DNA of 64,000 nucleotides from Escherichia phage BEU50: sequence record OM632671.1; one strand, 5' to 3'. Shown piece by piece: positions 59,234 to 64,000 of this stretch (position 1 is its first letter; each line of letters starts with the position of its first letter). The notes under the pieces were generated by a model. It saw only the letters and a program-made list of their open reading frames with translations, ran no database searches and was not told where the DNA came from. The position numbers and the translations under genes were made by a program.

Positions 59234-59323
59234 AATCTAGGTTCTATCCATTCAAATTAAACATCCGGTCAGAGATAGAGTCTCTGCTAATTATTTTGAT
59301 ATTATTATTTATAATGGTGATTT

Positions 59324-60322
59324 ATGTTTAAGAAATACAGCAGTCTTGAAAACCACTACAACTCTAAGTTTATTGAAAAACTCTACACTAATGGTTTGAC
59401 TACTGGTGTTTGGGTAGCACGTGAGAAAATCCATGGGACTAACTTCTCGTTAATAATTGAACGTGACAACGTCACATGCGCCAAGCGCACAGGCCCTATT
59501 CTTCCAGCAGAAGATTTTTATGGTTATGAAATCGTACTCAAGAAGTATGATAAAGCTATTAAAGCCGTTCAGGAATTCATGTACACAGCTCGAGCCGTAT
59601 CATATCAAGTATTTGGTGAATTCGCTGGTGGTGGAATCCAGAAAGGTGTTGACTACGGTGAAAAAGATTTTTATGTGTTCGATATCCTTATCAATACAGA
59701 AAGTGGTGATAATACGTATTTGACCGATTACGAAATGCAAGATTTCTGTAATGAATTCGGTTTTAAAATGGCACCAATGCTTGGACGTGGCACATTTGAT
59801 GCTCTTATCATGATTCCAAACGACCTTGATTCTGTCTTAGCCGCTTATAATGCTACTGCGTCAGAAGACCTTGTCGAAGCAAATAATTGTGTATTTGATG
59901 CTAATGTTATTGGCGATAATACGGCAGAAGGTTATGTTCTGAAGCCTTGTTTCCCTAAATGGCTGCCAAACGGTACTCGTGTAGCTATTAAGTGCAAGAA
60001 CTCTAAATTCAGTGAAAAGAAAAAGTCTGATAAGCCTATTAAAACTCAGGTTCCATTAACCGAAATTGACAAAAACTTGCTTGATGTTCTAGCTTGTTAT
60101 GTTACATTAAACCGTGTTAATAATGTGATTTCTAAGATTGGGACTGTAACGCCAAAAGATTTTGGCAAAGTGATGGGATTGACTGTTCAAGATATTCTGG
60201 AAGAAACTTCTCGTGAAGGTATTGTATTAACATCATCTGATAATCCGAATCTTGTTAAGAAAGAATTAGTCCGAATGGTGCAAGATGTTCTGCGTCCTGC
60301 ATGGATTGAATTAGTATCATAA
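59324..60322 (+). CDS. rnlB: RNA ligase 2
   Basis: 332 aa; motif I KIHGTN. Confidence 0.85.
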   Translation: MFKKYSSLENHYNSKFIEKLYTNGLTTGVWVAREKIHGTNFSLIIERDNVTCAKRTGPILPAEDFYGYEIVLKKYDKAIKAVQEFMYTARAVSYQVFGEFAGGGIQKGVDYGEKDFYVFDILINTESGDNTYLTDYEMQDFCNEFGFKMAPMLGRGTFDALIMIPNDLDSVLAAYNATASEDLVEANNCVFDANVIGDNTAEGYVLKPCFPKWLPNGTRVAIKCKNSKFSEKKKSDKPIKTQVPLTEIDKNLLDVLACYVTLNRVNNVISKIGTVTPKDFGKVMGLTVQDILEETSREGIVLTSSDNPNLVKKELVRMVQDVLRPAWIELVS

Positions 60323-60324
60323 CG

Positions 60325-60356
60325 AAAAAGGGACCGTAAGGTCCCCTTTTTTTTTG
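60325..60356. terminator. bidirectional terminator GGGACC-GTAA-GGTCCC flanked by A5 and T10
   Basis: between convergent rnlB and gene 24. Confidence 0.75.
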
Positions 60357-60357
60357 T

Positions 60358-61641
60358 TTATTCATCTATAATAATTTTAGGCAATTTAACACCGAGTAAA
60401 ACAGACAAGTCTGAACGTCCTGCCATTTTATCCATGTCCCCACCATCAATTATTCTCGCTTCTTTTTCGTCTTTTGCTACTGTGTAAGGATTTGCTGATA
60501 AAGCATATCTAACCAATAATCCGATAGACGGTTGCAAGCTTTCTGGATCAACTACAACTTTAAATGCACCAACATGTTCCGGGTCATCTAAATCTACTCC
60601 TTCAGTGTATGGAGCATAAAAGATGGACCCTACAATTTCTTTTTCGCCGATATTTTCTACAACACCCACAACAACATAATCTAACGGACTGTTGGTATCG
60701 CAGTAAAGAGGTAATCCATTTGCCAAGAATCCATAAGCATTTTGTGAAAGATACTTGTCATCTTCTGGCTTATGTTTTAACCAACCAGAAGCAGCAAGAA
60801 TAGCAGCTGCACGAGCTGAGGCTACACAAAACGTTGCAGTATAAGTTGTCTCTTTTTGAATGTGTGATACCATTTCACACACCATTCGATATAATGAACG
60901 ACCTGCTTCTGGAGCGGATGCGTAGCTCAAGTCAATAAATCCGGTGTCAGTAATTCCAGTAACTTTATAACGTTTCGATACAGTAATTAAAGACTGAAGA
61001 ATATCTTTATTAATTTCATCAGCCATTTCAGTAGCAAGCAAATCTTCTAAGAAGTTAGGGGCATCAAATCCATTCGCTTCCAAATCTTGCGCTAATTCAA
61101 CCGTGAGGCCAGTTTTAAGTTTACGAGATTTGACTGAAGTTTGCCATTTATTAATCTGGAATCTTGCATCAGAAATTTCGCTACCAGAGCTTTCAAATTT
61201 GCTTGTTATCGCTGCATCTGAAAATAACCGTACCTTCAAATGAACGACCGCAATCTGAAGAGCTAATTCTAGATCACTTTCTTGAATATCTGCAAATGGT
61301 GTATCTTCTAACACTTTATAGACGATATTATTATATTTGAAAAAATCGCCTTTATTTAGTGTGACTTTTGATTCTTCTGTGAGCTCAGTAATTTTTTCTC
61401 GGTCTACATATCCAACTTCGCCAGCATAAGTAGCACCGGTTTTAAATGTGAATTCGTTATCTGGGTTAAGATATTTGATACCATAAAAAGCAGCAACAGG
61501 TTGATTAGTTCTTTGTGTTGCTACAATGTCAGAATATATTAATTTAGTCGTAGCGCGAGTCAAAGCAACGAGATTTGGGCGACCAATTGAGTTGCTAGTA
61601 GACGTTGTAGATTCACGCAATAATTTTTGGATTTTACTCAT
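60358..61641 (-). CDS. 24: head vertex protein gp24
   Basis: 427 aa; synteny with 23. Confidence 0.9.
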   Translation of the reverse strand: MSKIQKLLRESTTSTSNSIGRPNLVALTRATTKLIYSDIVATQRTNQPVAAFYGIKYLNPDNEFTFKTGATYAGEVGYVDREKITELTEESKVTLNKGDFFKYNNIVYKVLEDTPFADIQESDLELALQIAVVHLKVRLFSDAAITSKFESSGSEISDARFQINKWQTSVKSRKLKTGLTVELAQDLEANGFDAPNFLEDLLATEMADEINKDILQSLITVSKRYKVTGITDTGFIDLSYASAPEAGRSLYRMVCEMVSHIQKETTYTATFCVASARAAAILAASGWLKHKPEDDKYLSQNAYGFLANGLPLYCDTNSPLDYVVVGVVENIGEKEIVGSIFYAPYTEGVDLDDPEHVGAFKVVVDPESLQPSIGLLVRYALSANPYTVAKDEKEARIIDGGDMDKMAGRSDLSVLLGVKLPKIIIDE

Positions 61642-61673
61642 TGCATTTTTTCCTTATTGAGAATATAATTTTA

Positions 61674-61681
61674 TTTATAAA
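61674..61681 (-). promoter_or_regulatory. late promoter TATAAATA
   Basis: 33 nt upstream of gene 24 ATG. Confidence 0.6.
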
Positions 61682-61685
61682 AGTG

Positions 61686-61715
61686 GTTTACACACAAAAA
61701 GCGTCGTGTTACTAT
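61686..61715 (+). promoter_or_regulatory. T4-type early promoter
   Basis: GTTTAC, 18 nt, TACTAT; then RBS GAGGAG. Confidence 0.55.
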
Positions 61716-61744
61716 AGACCTATCAAAACATGAGGAGATTAAAA

Positions 61745-62011
61745 ATGAACAAATTAAACTTTATCCGTACCACACTTTCTAACCTTGACAAAGACATCAA
61801 AGCTCTGGTAGAAAAATTTGGTACCAATCCTAACGGTAATGCAGTTAATGCATTGGTTAAGAAATACGAAGCCCTGGCTTATGAAACTGACTTCTGGTGG
61901 AACGGTGAATATTCTACCCATACCAAAGACAAATCTGGTAACTGGCTGAAAATCCAAGAAAATCGTATTGACTTCCGTGATATCATCAACCGTCGTGTCA
62001 AAGCAGCGTAA
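61745..62011 (+). CDS. hypothetical small protein
   Basis: 88 aa from ATG 61745. Confidence 0.45.
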   Translation: MNKLNFIRTTLSNLDKDIKALVEKFGTNPNGNAVNALVKKYEALAYETDFWWNGEYSTHTKDKSGNWLKIQENRIDFRDIINRRVKAA

Positions 62012-62014
62012 AAT

Positions 62015-62674
62015 ATGAATTATTTAATTTACAAAATAACCAATCTCATTAATAACAAGATTTATGTTGGAGCCCATGCCACTACAGATGTTAACGATTC
62101 TTATATGGGTTCCGGGGTTAACATAGTAAAATCCATAAAGAAATACGGCTTAGAGAATTTTAAAAAGGAAATCCTTTTCAATTTCGAAACATCTGAAGAG
62201 ATGTATGCTAAGGAAGCCGAACTAGTTGACGAGGCTTTTGTCATGAGAACAGATACTTATAATGCAGCCTTAGGCGGCAAGGGTAATCCTGTTATAGTAG
62301 CTTTACAGGAACCTGGGTATCGTGAGATGTTATCCAAAAAGACAAAAGCTGGTATGACTGAAGAAGTTCGGGCCAAAATATCTAAAAAGAAATTAGGTTC
62401 TAAAGAATCTAAAGAACATCGAGAAAACAAATCTATAGCAAATAAAAAGTTTTATAAAAATAGAGATTCTCATCTTAAAGGTAGAAAACTATCAGAAGAG
62501 CATAAAGCAAAAATTAGAAAGAATTCTAATAAAGGTAAGAAATTTGTATTTGTGGATATTTCTATTAAAGGTCATGAATTTAACCACTACGATTACGCTG
62601 CCGAATTCTTTAACGTATCCGCAAAAACTATAAGAAATTGGATTAATGAACGCGATGATTGTTTTAAGCTATAG
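62015..62674 (+). CDS. GIY-YIG homing endonuclease (segD-like, between 23 and 24)
   Basis: 219 aa; YLIYKITN…KIYVGAH…YMGSG. Confidence 0.7.
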   Translation: MNYLIYKITNLINNKIYVGAHATTDVNDSYMGSGVNIVKSIKKYGLENFKKEILFNFETSEEMYAKEAELVDEAFVMRTDTYNAALGGKGNPVIVALQEPGYREMLSKKTKAGMTEEVRAKISKKKLGSKESKEHRENKSIANKKFYKNRDSHLKGRKLSEEHKAKIRKNSNKGKKFVFVDISIKGHEFNHYDYAAEFFNVSAKTIRNWINERDDCFKL

Positions 62675-62684
62675 AAACAAGAAT

Positions 62685-62702
62685 GGGAGACCGGAGTCTC
62701 CC
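62685..62702. other. stem-loop GGGAGAC-CGGA-GTCTCCC
   Basis: perfect 7 bp stem between convergent seg gene and gene 23; weak U-run only. Confidence 0.45.
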
Positions 62703-62731
62703 ATAAGGTTATGTATTTTAACGTTAAAGCA

Positions 62732-64000
62732 TTAAATTCCTTTAACGTAGACGCGTCTAAAGTAAGCGTTCTTACCAAGGCTGTTCAGGATAGACGGCAT
62801 ACCGGACTGGATGCGAGCACCTGGAGCCTGCAGGGAACTTTCAGCAAACGGGTTAACACCGATACCGTAACGAGTTTTAAAGCCCATTACCGGCTGGAAG
62901 TTCTTAGGATCGGAACCACGCAGTGGGGTAAGTGCAACGTAAGGAGCATAGTAAATACCTGCATCCATTTCGTTAGCGCCTTTGTAACCAACGGTGAAGT
63001 AATCCTGTTTAGCATACTGGTCGATGTATACGCGGTATTTACCACCAAGTACACCGGCAAATACAGACTTAGTAGTGTCGGTATTAAAACCAGAAGCCAG
63101 ACCCTGTGCAGCGTAAGAAATACCAGTATCAACTGAAGCCAGTACGTTAACTACGTTACGGGAAGCGATAATGAAGTTACCTTCACCACGACCGGTTTGA
63201 CGAGCAATTTCAACTGCTTCTTTATCAATCTGGAACAACAGAGATTTAAAGCTTTCACCGGCCCAACGAGCACCACGGATATCAATCGGGTCCTGGAAGT
63301 CAAATACACCAGCTTTAGAACCCGGAGTCAGGGTCATACCAGATTTACCGACCTGTGCTGAGTAGTTAATCCAATCAACAACTTCACGGTTGATTTCTAG
63401 CATAATTTCTGTAGCCAGAATACCGCTCAGTTCAGCATCAGCATCCATACCGTGTACTGCACGGAGGTCTTGTGCTAATTCGATAGAGTAAGCAGCTTTC
63501 AGCTGGCGAGATTTAGCTTCGATAACTTGTTTATCGATACGGAAGCCCATTTCATTCCATGGGTTATCGGTAGAACCGTTGAAACCTTCCTGGAGTTCAG
63601 CGATAGAAGTAGCCATACCTTCAGCGATTTCTACCAGTGCACCAGCTTCCATTTGTTTCTTAACTTCGGCATCTAATTTATCAGCATCAGTCGCACCGGC
63701 ATCGATTGTTACTTGAACAGAAGCTTGCAGATATACAGTACCAGTTTCCTGGAAGAAGTGAGTATAGATATCACCTACTGTGGTTTGTGTGCTAGCAGCC
63801 AGAGCTGGGAATTTCTTAGCAGCACCCTGACCAGAGAACATCGCGTCTGGAGCATACATCGGATGGAAAGCTTCTTTAGCGCCAGCAGCGATAGGGTCTT
63901 TACCATATACTGCACGGAGAGCAAATACCTGACCGGTAGGGCTGTTCATAGGCTGAACACCACAAATATCAAAAGCGATCAGATTAGGAATAGCACGACG
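62732..64000 (-). CDS. 23: major capsid protein gp23, N-terminal part beyond window edge
   Basis: frame open to position 64000 (…IPNLIAFDICGVQPMNSPTGQVFALRAVYG…). Confidence 0.9.
   Translation of the reverse strand, partial: RRAIPNLIAFDICGVQPMNSPTGQVFALRAVYGKDPIAAGAKEAFHPMYAPDAMFSGQGAAKKFPALAASTQTTVGDIYTHFFQETGTVYLQASVQVTIDAGATDADKLDAEVKKQMEAGALVEIAEGMATSIAELQEGFNGSTDNPWNEMGFRIDKQVIEAKSRQLKAAYSIELAQDLRAVHGMDADAELSGILATEIMLEINREVVDWINYSAQVGKSGMTLTPGSKAGVFDFQDPIDIRGARWAGESFKSLLFQIDKEAVEIARQTGRGEGNFIIASRNVVNVLASVDTGISYAAQGLASGFNTDTTKSVFAGVLGGKYRVYIDQYAKQDYFTVGYKGANEMDAGIYYAPYVALTPLRGSDPKNFQPVMGFKTRYGIGVNPFAESSLQAPGARIQSGMPSILNSLGKNAYFRRVYVKGI

Noticed and set aside
59300-59312. TATTTATAAT near the rnlB start as a minus-strand late promoter
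   Set aside because: No minus-strand gene lies downstream; likely incidental AT-rich sequence within the rnlB leader.

Overview
This 64 kb window is a T4-like (T-even) myophage genome segment; the + strand is the direction of early transcription. Recognisable genes in order: topoisomerase gene 39 (unsplit form), rIIA, regB, tk, nrdC, pin, gene 49, a truncated nrdD, tail-fibre genes 37 (stub), 36, 35, 34 (minus strand), rnh, dsbA, 33, nrdA, nrdB (split by a group I intron carrying an I-TevIII-like HNH gene), denA, rnlA, alc, a spanin pair, pseT, cd, 31, rIII, the 30.x cluster, ligase 30, alt, baseplate genes 54/48/29/28/27/51 (minus), 26, 25, uvsY, uvsW, inh, hoc, rnlB, 24 and a partial 23. 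Early (GTTTAC-N17/18-TATAAT-like), middle (MotA-box) and late (TATAAATA) promoter motifs and GC-rich hairpin terminators punctuate the map. Two things stand out. First, three abrupt junctions cut conserved genes (rIIA/grcA-like near 6150, nrdD/gene 37 at 17016, gene 59 near 24535), so the window is a rearranged or deleted mosaic lacking rIIB, the body of gene 37, gene 38, gene 32, td and others. Second, it carries accessory genes I do not expect from T4 itself: a DAHP synthase, a macro domain protein, a glycosyltransferase-like ORF, and several free-standing homing endonucleases; a NADAR-like protein sits at the 30.3 position. I found no tRNA, CRISPR array or integrase. All homology calls come from motifs, protein lengths and remembered T4 gene order read by eye, not from database searches. 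Coordinates of short motifs are hand-counted and may be off by a few bases.
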